A program made the position numbers and the translations under genes. A stretch of DNA of 64,000 nt from Eledone cirrhosa (Eukaryota). The notes under the pieces were generated by a model. It ran no database searches, was not told the DNA's origin, and saw only the letters and a list, made by a program, of their open reading frames with translations. Positions 10,592 through 22,968 of this stretch are shown piece after piece. The stretch lies in NCBI GenBank assembly GCA_964016885.1, contig OZ024742.1, forward strand, positions 376,836,001 to 376,900,000, in the 5' to 3' direction. Every line of letters begins with the position of its first letter. The first letter of the stretch is position 1.

Positions 10592-13439
10592 AAGGATGTT
10601 CTTGCTGATACGACCCAGGTCGGATGTGGTTGGGCTTATAAGTCTAATAGATGGGTTCTCTATAAAGTTTGGCTTATAATCCTTGAGAGAGAACCTTGGG
10701 GTTGTTGGTACATAAGGGTGGGTAAATCTATCCAGATGCAAGTCCTTAACCAAAGCCTGGGCTTTTCGGTTAAGTACGTTTAGACTGGAGGGTATCAGTA
10801 AGAACATCCTTGATAGGATAATCCCTGGGCTACGGGATGACATCACCTACAAGTCGTGGTCCAACACTGGCCAAGTCATTAGATGGTTCTCCAATCTAAG
10901 GTCCAAGCAATCTATGAGGTTCATCCAATTTGACATTGACAGCTATTACGCTTCCATAACCCCGGAACTGCTCAACAACGCATTAACCCTAGCCAGCACC
11001 AACTCGAATATAACCAATAATGAGATTGACATCATACTTATGGCTAGGCAGACCATCATTGAATTCAACAGAGCACTCTGGACTAGAAAAGATAGAACAG
11101 ACAACTTTGACATCACGATGGGCTCAAGTGACTCTGCGCAAATCACCGATTTAGTTGGAATTTACCTATTACATAACATCAGAGCCGAAATCCAACCCTT
11201 GCAAGGCGGAATATACAGGGATGACGCCCTATTTGCAGTCCACAATTGCACTAATCGGGGCATTGATTTGATAAAAAAACAATTACATAGATTCTTTAAA
11301 AATAACGGTCTCTCTATCACCATTGAGCCGAACCATGAAGTAGTAAACTTCCTAGACGTCACCCTGGATCTCAACAATAACCTATATTACCCTTACCATA
11401 AACCAGGAGAAATACTCACATATATTAGCCCACACTCTAACCACCCACTGGCAGTCATCAGAGCAGTAATCAAATCTATCTTGTATAGGATCTCAATGCT
11501 ATCAGCAAATGAGGAGATATTTATAAACCATGCACAATATTATAATAAGGCTCTTTCTGAATCTGGTTATGAACAGTCCATTTACTACATACCTAAATGC
11601 CATAACACAGCAATTCACCATAATAAACTTAACACTAGAACTAGAAATACCTTAGCATATAGCCAGATTCGCCGGAATTTTAGCAGTAACAGCACCTATA
11701 CAGGGAACTTTAATGGTGGCAGCGGCCTGCTCCCCACTCCAAGTAGTAAACTAAAAATCAACCCTAGAATAGGAATGAGCAATGGGATGACAAATAACAA
11801 ATGCCCAGGTAATAATAACCCTAGGAAGGCCCCTACCAACTCCACTAGAACCCCTAGAAGGAATAGACCTATAAATATCACCTGGCTTAACCCCCCATTC
11901 TCATCTAATCTAGCCACTAATATCCCTAAACGCTTCTTCTCTATCCTATCTAAACATTTCCCCCCCAACCATAGATATTACAAACTCTTTAATAAAAATA
12001 ACATTAAAATCTCATTCTCCACAACACCTAACCTAGCTAGCCACATCGCATTCAGTAACCATCATAAGCTAAGACAGTATAACTCCCACACCGCAGTACC
12101 ACCACCCCTATCAAATACAAGACGTCACTATACCAATAATTACTCTAGTAACACACCACCCCATCTAATCCTTCTAACACTGACCAACCGCTTAGGTTAA
12201 ACTACCCTACTCTCACTAACCGCAGAAGCAACTGCAACTGCCATTACCCTAATGCATGCCCATTAAATGGACACTGCCTGACACCCAACATAGTCTATAG
12301 GTGCACAGTTAAAACTGCTTCGAATACCAGCTCTTATATCGGGTCTACCTCTAACCCTTTTAAGGTACGCTATAACGCACACTCTTTTTCCTTCCGAGAC
12401 CCTAGCAACAGATGTTCGACATCTCTAACTAGGCTCATTAAAAACCTTAAATTAAGCAACATTGAACACTCACTAAAATGGGATATCGTAGCTAGGGCCC
12501 AACCCTTGAATGGACGAAGAAAATCTTGTGATCTCTATATTACCGAAGCATATTACATAACTCTATCACGACCTCTACCGATTAACGATAGAACGGAGGT
12601 AACTATTAGCTGTCAACATCGAAGGGCTAATTCCTTCGCCAATAGAATATTTGACCCAAGATAGTCATCTAGCCCCATTTTTACTTGTAGCTAATAAGTT
12701 AAATAGCTATAACTAACTTAGATAATTATAAGTTACTTCCCTACATTGTTTCTCAATTAAAACAATTTAAAAATTAGCAGTTAACTATAAACTACCCACA
12801 ATTTCTAATCTCTTGAGGAGTTACTTCCCCTGAAACCACCCTCTAATTAGTAAGGTAAATATGTCCTTTGGTGGCCATCTTGTTACCCATAGGCAGATCT
12901 CACACAATGCAGCCTCGACAGAAGAATACTGCTTGATTATGGCAGACAATTGATACACCCAGGACACCATAGTGAAACACCAATATATGGAACATTACAT
13001 TATGTAACATTCTCCCCTTATTTTAATTTATATTCCTTTGAAGTTCCGATGAGCCGCTCTGTTTTTAAATATGTTAATTATTTTCAACTGAACCAGATCA
13101 ATAATGATATATAGTCATCTGATCAAGAAATATTATATGGAGTAGCGAAACAATTGTAAACGGACATTATTATTATTAATATTATTATTATTATTCTCTA
13201 CATTCCTTACATCAAACTAAAATATGCTGACAATCTTTTAATAATGTCTTCCTTATGAAATTTCTGGCCTTGTTTTGCTTAACTAATGAATATTTCCAGC
13301 TCTGTGCGCCTAACCTCTGCATGAACCCAGCCACCTAGCTGCTTTCTACTGCATATTGCACATTGAGCACATGCCTTTACGCTTTGGCTTCTAACTAATT
13401 CACCAATCTCTCCTCTCTTTAAGATTGGTTACTCCTGAA

Positions 13440-13445
<6 letters not shown>
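10592..13445 (+). mobile_element. Penelope-like element (Naiad-type RT + C-terminal GIY-YIG endonuclease) with 3' pseudo-LTR; 5' part inverted
   Basis: ORF 10914-12200: FDIDSYYASI, FDITMGSSDSAQITDLVGIYLL, GIYRDDAL, NFLDVTL, SNHP, WLNPPFS; frameshifted continuation CNC..CPLNGHCL..VY..YIGST..FK.RY..H..CQH. Clade assignment from motif recall. Confidence 0.92.
13043..13161 (+). ncRNA. Type-I hammerhead ribozyme motif with extended stem II in Penelope pLTR
   Basis: GTT-CCGATGA-GCCGCTCT-(78 nt)-GGAGTAGC-GAAA-CAATTG-TA-AAC; palindromic stem III ACAATTGT. Confidence 0.72.
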
Positions 13446-13520
<75 letters not shown>

Positions 13521-14136
13521 TATATATCTATATACATAATCGTTATTTAAATATTTCTAACAATAAGTACTTCATAAGATTTACATACCATATATGTTGA
13601 CAATGATTATCTTCAGTAAAGTTTACATTTCGGAAAATATTCAACAGTGTAGACTTTCCTTTCCACTGGCCAGCTAAATCCTTTAAATGTTATCCTCATA
13701 AAATTCCTAAGTTTAGAAATGTTAACACACTTATAGAATTTACAAAACTAATAAATATAAATAACCTGCAATTTAAAAAAACCCCCCTAAAATCTTGACT
13801 CTTCACCCTAAAATAGCATAAATTAAATATTTTCAAACTTAACCGTTTAACTTTCGGAAAATCTACATATATTACCCCTTATCTTTCCCTCTCTATATAT
13901 CCTATTCCAGTGGCTTTCATTGACTGTTTTCCCAGATAAATTGTAGTATCATACATTTTAAAATCTCTATAACTGTTACATTAAGCAACGTTTTTCTTAC
14001 TCACACATTCTCTAATGAATTTATTACGCTTTCGCATTTTCTCATTATTAGGGTATAAATGTTAAACTTTCTCTTTGGTTAATCACTACCTTGATTAAAT
14101 CTTAACCATTTAACATCTCAGGGTATGTCATGTATC

Positions 14137-14199
14137 ATTATATTTTGTCTGATGAGGACGTACTGTTGTACATCCGAAATATGTATAATAAAATGTAAT
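14137..14199 (+). ncRNA. Type-I hammerhead ribozyme, apparently intact
   Basis: Stem I ATTATATTTTGT/ATAAAATGTAAT, core CTGATGA, stem II GGACGTAC-TGTT-GTACATCC, GAAA, minimal stem III ATA(TG)TAT, AUA cleavage triplet. Confidence 0.8.
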
Positions 14200-14328
14200 T
14201 GATCAAAAGAACATCTATTTTATTAATATTTGTATTTTAATATTAATAACTCTGGAAAATTATGTAGAGTGCTTCCAATCTACTGTAAAACTCATTCTTT
14301 GATATACTCATTGAATCTTGTTTAACTC

Positions 14329-14369
<41 letters not shown>

Positions 14370-14374
<5 letters not shown>

Positions 14375-16448
14375 CGACCCAATAGAGGGACCAGCAGTGT
14401 TAGTCGAGGGTAGTATAATAAGTAAGGCAATCAAAGATATGAAGACAGGCAAGGCGGCTGGGCCTTCGGAAATAGTTGCCGAGATGCTGAAGGCATCTGG
14501 TACGGTGGGACACACCATGGTCACCCGGATAGTCAACCAAGTCATACAGAATGGGGTTGTTCCGAAGGACTGGCGTAGCAGCATCATCGTTAACTGTTAT
14601 AAGGGTAAAGGAGATGCCCTAGATAGGAGTAACTATAGAGGCATTAAATTAATCGACCAGGTCATGAAGGTCACGGAAAAAGTAATAGCGCAACTAATCA
14701 GAGAGCGAATTGATCTAGATGAAATGCAGTTCGGGTTTGTGTCAGGAAAAAGTACCACAGACGCTCTTTTCATTGTACGACAACTACAGGAGAAGTACCT
14801 AGCTAAAAGTAAACCCCTATACTTAGCTTTCGTCGACTTGGAGAAGGCCTTCGACAGAGTCCCCCGTTCCATTATCTGGTGGGATCTTAGAAAACTAGGT
14901 GTTGATGAATGGCTTGTGAGAGCTATACAAGCCATGTATAAAGAAACAGTCAGCAAGGTTAGAATTAACAACGAATATAATGAAGAGTTTAGTGTAAAAG
15001 TTGGTATTCATCAGGGCTCTGTTCTTAGCCCCCTACTATTTATTATCGCCCTCCAGGCTATAACAGTGGAGTTCAAGACCGGCTGCCCATGGGAACTCCT
15101 ATACGCAGATGATCTAACGCTCATAGCTGAATCAATGGCCGAGCTAGAGAAGAAATTCCAAACATGGAAGCACGGCCTAGAATCAAAAGGCCTTAAAATT
15201 AACCTGGCTAAGACTAAAGTTCTAGTTTGTAAGAAAGAAAATAAGGCGGCGGTCCCCTCCGGGAAGTGGCCATGCGCAGAGTGTAGGAAAGGCGTAGGTA
15301 GAAATTCCATTTTGTGCCCCAAATGCAAAGTTTGGGTGCATAAAAGATGTAGTGGGGTCACAGGTAAGCTAACTAAGAACATAGATTTTACATGTGGCCG
15401 GTGTTCTGGGGCAATAAGTAGCAGCAAGTGCCCACAAAATACTAGCTCTTTCAACTGCGCAGAGGGTTCTATAGAAATAGTGGACAGCTTCCGTTACCTG
15501 GGTGACAAAATCAGCAGTGGGGGAGGGTGCTCTGAAAGTACAGTAGCTAGAGTCAGAACTGGGTGGAAAAAGTTCAGAGAGCTTATACCACTATTAGCCG
15601 CTAAAGGGTTCTCCCTAATAATGAAAGGCAGGTTGTAGGATGCCTGCATACGAACAGCAATGTTGCATGGCAGTGAGACCTGGGCATTGTGTGCAGAGGA
15701 TATATGCAGACTAGAGAGAAACGAAGCTTGCATGCTCCGCTGGATGTGTAATAGTAATATACGTGAACGACAAAGCATAAACGAACTAAGGAAAAAATTA
15801 GAAATAAGAGGGATCAGATGTTGTTTACTAGAGAGAAGGCTACGTTGGTATGGTCACGTGATGCGCATGAAGGACGATAGCTGTATAACAAAGTGCAGGG
15901 CAATAAAGATAGACGGTAGCCACGGAATAGGCAGACCCAGAAAAACCTAGGACGAGCTGATAAACTCCGACCTTACACACTTACACCTCACCAAGACAAT
16001 GTCACTGGACCGAGACCTTTGGCGGTACTCAGTAATAGAGAAGACCCGCCTTACCTAAATACAAAGTAAAACCTACTACAGTCAGTAGGCATCTCTAACA
16101 AAATACACCCCCGTCCCACCAGCCCCACCCCATCCACACCGTCCCCTTCTATGTAAAGTTATGTTGGTGCCACACCATCCAGGCCGAAACAAATGAGATC
16201 GTGTAGGTGTCACGACAAAAAACACACAGTCCACGCTGTAATGTGGCCGTGTAGGCAACACAGTAAAAACCTCCCAGTCCCACACTGTAAATGTGGTTGG
16301 TGTTAGGAAGGGCATCCAACTGTAGAAAACCTGCCAGACAGTCCTATGCGAGCAAGACAATCACTCTTGCCTCAAGTGGGAAAACCCCCGTCCAAACCCA
16401 TGCAAGCGTGGAACACGGACGTTAAACGTTGATGATGATGATGATGAT
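14370..16448 (+). mobile_element. RTE family A, 5'-truncated, young (413-aa uninterrupted RT ORF)
   Basis: ORF 14397-15638 with all RT motifs and PHD finger; 3' UTR and (GAT)n tail; flanked by (TA)n. Confidence 0.96.
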
Positions 16449-16509
16449 ATATATATATATATATATGACTTGGCAAGCTATTTAGAACATGGTTTAACCG
16501 CTTTACTTC

Positions 16510-16544
16510 CCTCCGAAGAAGAGATATTATCTCGAAAATTAAGG
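16510..16544 (+). ncRNA. Minimal hammerhead-like motif (CCGAAGA variant)
   Basis: CCT-CCGAAGA-A-GAGAT(ATT)ATCTC-GAAA-ATTA-AGG; only 3-bp stem I. Confidence 0.45.
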
Positions 16545-16680
16545 ACATTTAAATAAATCTAAGGTAAAAGACTAATTGTCAACAATATCTTTTGCATTTG
16601 CATTCTTTATTCTATGTCCATACCTGCATTGTTTTGGCTTTATTATACATATACAAACATTAATATATATATATATATAT

Positions 16681-17146
16681 GACACGGTCACCTGATCAAT
16701 CTTGCCTCAAGCTAGCATGGAAGATAGACGTTAAACAATGATGATGATATATATATAACTTTATATATGTGTATATATATATATATATATTTATGTGTAT
16801 ACACACACACACACATATATATATATATAATCAGTTCCCGTATGAGCAGGACAAGGTCACCCGACCTAACATTGCCCACAGCAGGACAACCCGTCTAACC
16901 CATGCTAGTGTGGAAGAATGGACGTAAAATGGTGATGATGATGATGATGATATAATATATATATATCATCATCATCATCAAGGTTTAGCATCCGTGTTCC
17001 ACGCTTGCATGGGTTTGGACGGGGGTTTTCCCACTTGAGGCAAGAGTGGTTGTCTTGCTCACATAGGACTGCCTGGCGGGTTTTCTACAGATGGATGCCC
17101 TTCCTAACACCAACCACATTTACAGTGTGGGACTGGGAGGTTTTTA
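16681..17146. repeat. Cluster of short RTE 3'-tail fragments in both orientations within TA/GAT microsatellites
   Basis: Repeated ACCCATGC..GGAA..GGACGT(T/A)AA(GAT)n tails at ~16681-16748 (+), 16830-16950 (+), 16966-17146 (-). Confidence 0.85.
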
Positions 17147-17166
17147 TAATATATATACACACACAG

Positions 17167-17232
<66 letters not shown>

Positions 17233-17287
17233 CGCCGATGAATTAGTTTTGCGAGGTTTTTTATATGAAATCGTGTGTCGAAACAAA

Positions 17288-17415
17288 TATTGTTATACTT
17301 GGGGAGGGTCATATTTGTGTAATATTGCCAGAATTAATAACAGAACACACTCACAGTGAGTGTGTTCTTTTATTAATTCTGGCAATATTACACAAATATG
17401 ACCCTCCCCAAGTAT

Positions 17416-17422
<7 letters not shown>
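17288..17422. repeat. Fold-back element, 67-bp arms with 1-nt spacer (Penelope pLTR-like family)
   Basis: TATTGTTATACTTGGGGAGGGTCAT...CACTCAC-A-GTGAGTG...CCCCAAGTATAACAATA; single-arm copy at 59659-59725. Confidence 0.85.
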
Positions 17423-17461
<39 letters not shown>

Positions 17462-17466
<5 letters not shown>

Positions 17467-17652
17467 TTATTCTGGGTTGAGTCGGAGGTAACCACAGTAA
17501 GTAAGGTACTCAATACATAGCAGAGTATAAATGTTCTAATATGGAAGAGCTTCTACAGGACTAGAACTGTTTCATTCGTGAGAAATCATCAGAGAGCTCC
17601 CTGATGATTTCTCACGAATGAAACAGTTCTAGCTCTTCTATATTAAAACTTA
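17462..17652. repeat. Fold-back element carrying head-to-head hammerhead cores
   Basis: 32-bp perfect arms 17561-17592/17601-17632; minus strand gives complete GAGCTCT-CTGATGA-TTTCTCACGAAT-GAAA-CAG(TTCTAGTC)CTG-TA-GAAGCTC. Confidence 0.8.
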
Positions 17653-17664
17653 TATATATATATA

Positions 17665-18100
17665 TCATCATCATCATCATCGTTTAACGTCCATCTTCCA
17701 CGCTTGCATGAGTCTGGACGGGAGTTTTCCCACTTGAGGCAAGATTGGTTGTCCTGCTCGTATAGGACTGTCTGGCGGGTTTTCTATGGCTGGATGCCCT
17801 TCCTAACACCAACCACGTTTACAGTGTGGACTGGGAGGTTTTTACCGTGTTACCTACACGGCCACATTACAGCGTGGACTGTGTGTTTTTTTTGTCATGA
17901 CACCTACACGTCTGGGGGGTTTTCTACGGCTGGGTGCCCTTCCCAACATCAACCACGTTTACCGTGTGTACTGGGAGGTTTTTACCATGTTACCTACACA
18001 GCCACATTACAGCATGGACTGTGTGTATTTTTGTCGTGACACCTACACGACCTCATTTGTTTCAGACTGGATGTTGTGGTACCAACATAACTTGTTGTGG
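17665..18100 (-). mobile_element. RTE-A 3' UTR fragment with internal duplication
   Basis: (ATC)n then reverse complement of RTE-A 3' UTR; ~17775-17910 repeated at ~17915-18050. Confidence 0.85.
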
Positions 18101-18116
18101 TACCAACATAAGCAAC

Positions 18117-18157
<41 letters not shown>

Positions 18158-18599
18158 TACACATTCGCTCTTAGTATCATTTTGAAATGGACATACAAAT
18201 CTGCATATAATTAGTACTAATGTTTGTTATTAATTACCATATATAGTAAGAAGTGTGCTGGCAGCTGCAGTGTATGATAAAGTTATATCTGTATAGATAC
18301 TGAGTGTAACCAAGACTGTACCATTGTGTATAAATATATACACATATCTAATATATAGGCATGTAAACAGACCAGAAAATACCAATTTCCTTATAAATTG
18401 AAAAAAACGATAAAAATCTTTAATCGGTTTTTGGATCTTATTGGATCTTCACCAGAAAATATGTATATCATTCAATTAACCTCAAGCAAACACACATTTT
18501 ATTGGCATATATACTCACCAAGGAGATACTGTGCTGAATAGGACCCATCCAACCCTTGCAAGCAGGGAAAAGCGGATGTAAAATGATGATGATGATATA

Positions 18600-20472
18600 T
18601 CATCATCATCATCATCATCAACGTTTAACGTCCGTGTTCCACGCTTGCATGGGTTTGGACGGGGGTAGTCCCACTTGAGGCAAGAGTGATTGTCTTGCTT
18701 GCATAGGACTGTCTGGCAGGTTTTCTACAGTTGGATGCCCTTCCTAACACCAACCACATTTACAGTGTGGGTCTGGGAGGTTTTTACCGTGTTGCCTACA
18801 CGGCCACATTACAGCGTGGACTGTGTGTTTTTTTGTCGTGACACCTACACGATCTCATTTGTTTTGGCCTCGATGGCGCGGCACCAACATAACTTTACAT
18901 AGAACGGGGTGGTGTGGATGGGGTGGGGGTGGTGGTGGTGGGACGGGGTGTATTTTGTTAAAGATGCCTACTGGCTGGAGTAGGTTTTACTATATATTTA
19001 GGTAAGGCGGGTCTTCTATGTTACTGAGTACCGCCAAAGGTCTCGGTCCAGTGACATTGTCTTGGAGAGGTGTAAGTGTGTGATGTCGGAGTTTATCAGC
19101 TCGTCCCAGGTTTTTCTAGGTCTGCCTATTCCGTGGCTACCGTCTATCTTTATTGCCCTGCACTTTGTTATACAGCTATCGACTTTCATGCGCATCACGT
19201 GTCCATACCAACGTAGCCTTCTCTCGAGTAAACAACATCTGATCCCTCTTATCTCTAATTTTTTCCTTAGTTCGTTTATGCTTTGCCGTTCACGTATATT
19301 ACTGTTACACATCCAGCGGAGCATGCAAGCTTCGTTCCTCTCTAGTCTGCGTATATCCTCTGCACACAATGCCCAGGTCTCACTGCCATGCAGCATTGCT
19401 GTTCGTATGCAGGCATCGTACAACCTGCCTTTCATTTTTAGGGAGAACCCTTTAGCAGCTAATAGTGGTATAAGCTCTCTGAACTTTTTCCAACCAGTTC
19501 TGACTCTAGCTACAGTACTTTCGGAGCACCCTCCCCCACTGCTGATTTTATGGCCCAGGTAACGGAAGCTGTCCACTATTTCTATAGAACCCTCTGCGCA
19601 GTTGAAAGAGCTAGTATTTTGTGGGCACTTGCTGCTACTTATTGCACCAGAACACCGGCCACATGTAAAATCTATGTTCTTAGTTAGCTTACCTGTGATC
19701 CCACTACATCTTTTATGCACCCATACTTTGCATTTAGGACATAAAATGGAGTTTCTACCTACGCCTTTCCTACACACCGAGCACGACCATTTCCCAGAAG
19801 GGACCGCCGCCTTGTTTTCTTTCCTACAAACTAGTAATTTGGTCTTAGCCAGGTTAATTTTAAGTCCTTTTGACTCTAGGCCGTGCTTCCATGTTTGGAA
19901 TTTCTTCTCTAGCTCGGCCATTGATTCCGCTATGAGTGTCAGGTCGTCTGCGTATAGGAGTTCCCATGGGCAGCCTGTCTTGAACTCCTCTGTTATAGCC
20001 TGAAGGGCAATAATAAATAGTAGGGGGCTGAGAACAGAGCCCTGATGGACGCCAACTTTTACGCTAAACTCTTCACTATATTCGTTGTTAATTCTAACCT
20101 TGCTGACTGTTTCTTTATACATGGCTTGTATAGCCCTCACAAGCCATTCGTCAACGCCTAGTTTTCTAAGAGCCCACCAGATAATGGAGCGGGGGGACTC
20201 TGTCGAAGGCTTTCTCCAAGTCGACAAAAGCTAAGTAGAGGGGTTTACCTTTAGCTAGGTACTTCTCCTGTAGTTGTCGTACTATGAAAAGAGCGTCTGT
20301 GGTACTTTTGCCTGACACAAACCCGAACTGCATTTCATCTAGGTCAATTCTCTCTCTGATTAGTTGCGCTATTACTTTTTCCGTGACCTTCATGACCTGG
20401 TCGTTTAATTTAATGCCTCTATAGTTACTCCTATCTAGGGCGTCTCCTTTACCCTTATAACAGTTAACGATG
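18600..20472 (-). mobile_element. RTE family A, 5'-truncated
   Basis: ORF 19016-20227 with RT, PHD finger, C-terminus; tail at 18600. Confidence 0.95.
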
Positions 20473-20485
20473 TATATATATATAT

Positions 20486-21736
20486 TGTATGATGCAAGTA
20501 TATGAATGGCAATATTACATGGTCGTGAGATTTGGGCATTGTGTGCTGAAGACCTGCATAGATTAGAAAGAAATGAAGCTTGCATGCTCCGATGGATGTG
20601 TAATAGTAATGTGCGTGAAAGGCGAAGCATAAATGAATTAAGAGAGAGACTAAGCATAAGAGGTATCAAATGTTGTGTTCTGGAGAAGAGATTATGTTGG
20701 TATAGACAAGTGATGCGTATGAAGGATGGCTGCTGTATAAAAAAGTTCAAAGCAGTGAAAATTGATAGAAGCTATGGAGTGAGTAGACCAAGAAAAACCT
20801 GGGACGAGGTGATAAAAACTGACCTTGCTCACTTACACCTCTCTAAGACAATGACACTGGAGCGAGACCTTTGGCGCCATGCAGTTGTACAGAAGACCTG
20901 ACTGCCCTTGCATACAAACCTACAGTCAGTAGGCACCTATTAATTCAATGTACACCCCCCTGCCACATTCTACCCCATCCTCCCTGTTCCATTCCATCCA
21001 CTGTGTCTATGATACAACAGTCTCCACACTGTAAGGTGGTTGTGTAGGAGACATGGTAAAAAGGCTCCCAGTCCGCACTGTAAGGTGGCCATGTAGGAGA
21101 CACGGTAAAAAGGCTCCCTGTCCACACTGTAAGGTGGTCGTGTAGGAGACACGTTAAAAAGGCTCCCAGTCCACACTGTAAGGTGGCCATGTAGGAGACA
21201 CGCTAAAAAGGCTCCCAGTCCACACTGTAAGGTGGCCATGTAGGAGACATGCTAAAAAGGCTCCCTGTCCACACTGTAAGGTGGCCATGTAGGAGACACG
21301 CTAAAAAGGCTCCCAGTCCACACTGTAAGGTGGCCATGTAGGAGACACGTTAAAAAGGCTCCCAGTCCACACTGTAAGGTGGCCATGTAGGAGACACGCT
21401 AAAAAGGCTCCCAGTCCACACTGTAAGGTGGCCATGTAGGAGACACGCTAAAAAGGCTCCCAGTCCACACTGTAAGGTGGCCATGTAGGAGACACGCTAA
21501 AAAGGCTCCCAGTCCACACTGTAAGGTGGCCATGTAGGAGACATGGTAAAAAGGCTCCCAGTCCACACTGTAAAGGTGGTTGGTGTTAGAAAGGGCATCT
21601 AGCTGTAAAAAAACCTGCCAGAGACACTTCCGTGCGAGCGAGATATGGTCTCCCGACCATTCCCGCATCAAATGGAACAAAACCGTCTAACCCATGCTAG
21701 CGTGGAAGATGGACGTTAAATGATGATGATGATGAT
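20486..21736 (+). mobile_element. RTE 3' fragment whose 3' UTR contains a 49-bp tandem array
   Basis: ORF 20506-20901 (RTE C-terminus); tail GGACGTTAAA(TGA)n. Confidence 0.9.
21018..21575 (+). repeat. 49-bp minisatellite (~11 units) derived from RTE 3' UTR
   Basis: Unit CCCAGTCCACACTGTAAGGTGGCCATGTAGGAGACACGCTAAAAAGGCT; period 49 (21361 vs 21410). Confidence 0.95.
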
Positions 21737-22073
21737 AGCCAAGGATGTAGACTTTGTCTCACCCTTCCCCCTTTCCTTGTTTTCATTATTTACCCCTCCC
21801 CCACTTTATTTCTCTTTATTCTCCGATCCTGTTTTTTTTTTTTAAATTTTAATCCCATGTTTTATAAAAATACTTCCATCAATGTTTACTTCTCAGTTCA
21901 ATGAAAAATTAACTATTGATACATTCAATATATTATTGATTTCTTACACTGACACAAGGTGACATGTTTTTAAGGGAGTATTACAGTCAATTGTATTGAC
22001 ACCAGTAGATAGCAGGTACTGATGTTACTGATCACATCTACCTAAAAAGGAAAGTCACCCTCATTATTTTAAT

Positions 22074-22476
22074 TGGATTGGCAGTATCGTTAGAACATCA
22101 GACACTATGTTTTGCAGCATAGAGTTATGGCTCTTTACGGTCTGAGTCCAAATTTTGCTGAGGTTAAGCTTTGCCTTTCATCCTTACAGGTTTGATAAAA
22201 TAAAGTACCAGTAATACACTGGAATCAATTTAATTAACTTACCCCTCCCCAAAATTGTTGGCCTTGTGCCTAAATCAGAAACCATTGTTTGGTGGATTGG
22301 CAATATCAGTGGAGGGTCTGACACCATGCTTTGCAGCATAGAGTTATGGGTCTTTATGGTCTGAGTTCAAATCCCGCCAAGATTAACTTTGCCTTTCATC
22401 CTTACGGGGTCGATAAAATAAAGTACCAGTAATGTACTGGGTAATTGCTGGCCTTGTGCCAAAAGTAGAAACAATT
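22074..22476 (+). mobile_element. Two tandem copies of tRNA-derived SINE (octopus OK/OR-like family)
   Basis: TGGCAGTATCG (A box), GAGTTCAAATCC (B box), CTTTGCCTTTCATCCTTACGGGGTCGATAAAATAAAGTACCAG core, GGCCTTGTGCC..AGAAAC end. Further copies at ~23315-23492, 23632-23722, 33215-33820. Confidence 0.85.
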
Positions 22477-22968
22477 ATGGTTGTTTGTGTACTGCACCTT
22501 AGCAGTTAACGAATACCGATGAATGAAAATAAGTAGCAGACTTAATATTAAGTATTGGACTTGATATGATCAACAAAACCCCTGGAGACTTCTGGTGTTC
22601 TTGGCCCTAGGACCACCCCACTGCTCACCACCATCGGCATGGAGTTGGTTACCTACAGGCGTGAGCCTTGTGAGTTCAAATGGCTCTTCCAACATGTCTC
22701 CCTCACCTTCCTCCCGGAAAACACCTCTATTCTGTCTGCCAGGAGCACAAGGTGGGCGGCACGTGGACCCCCATTTGCTTATAATAGTGAGAGAGGGGGA
22801 GAGTGAGAGAGACGGAGTGAGTGAAAGAGAACATTAACATAGACACAAACAGACTAACAAGAGACTGTAGTCCAACTATATGAACTGAACATTAGGATGA
22901 AGTTAATTATCTCTACTGTCTAACAGCCTCTGGCAGCTTATATTTAATCTCTATGGTAATATTTTTAG

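Noticed and set aside
12230-12660. Selenocysteine (in-frame TGA) Naiad endonuclease
   Set aside because: The Cys positions I can read use TGC/TGT in both copies; no SECIS recognised.
13520-13720. Possible decayed GIY-YIG C-terminus (KCYPHKIPKF) with TGA codons
   Set aside because: Similarity too weak to support by eye; needs TBLASTN.
22595-22837. GC-richer 80-aa ORF as host exon
   Set aside because: No convincing splice sites or recognisable motif; probably an old repeat fragment.
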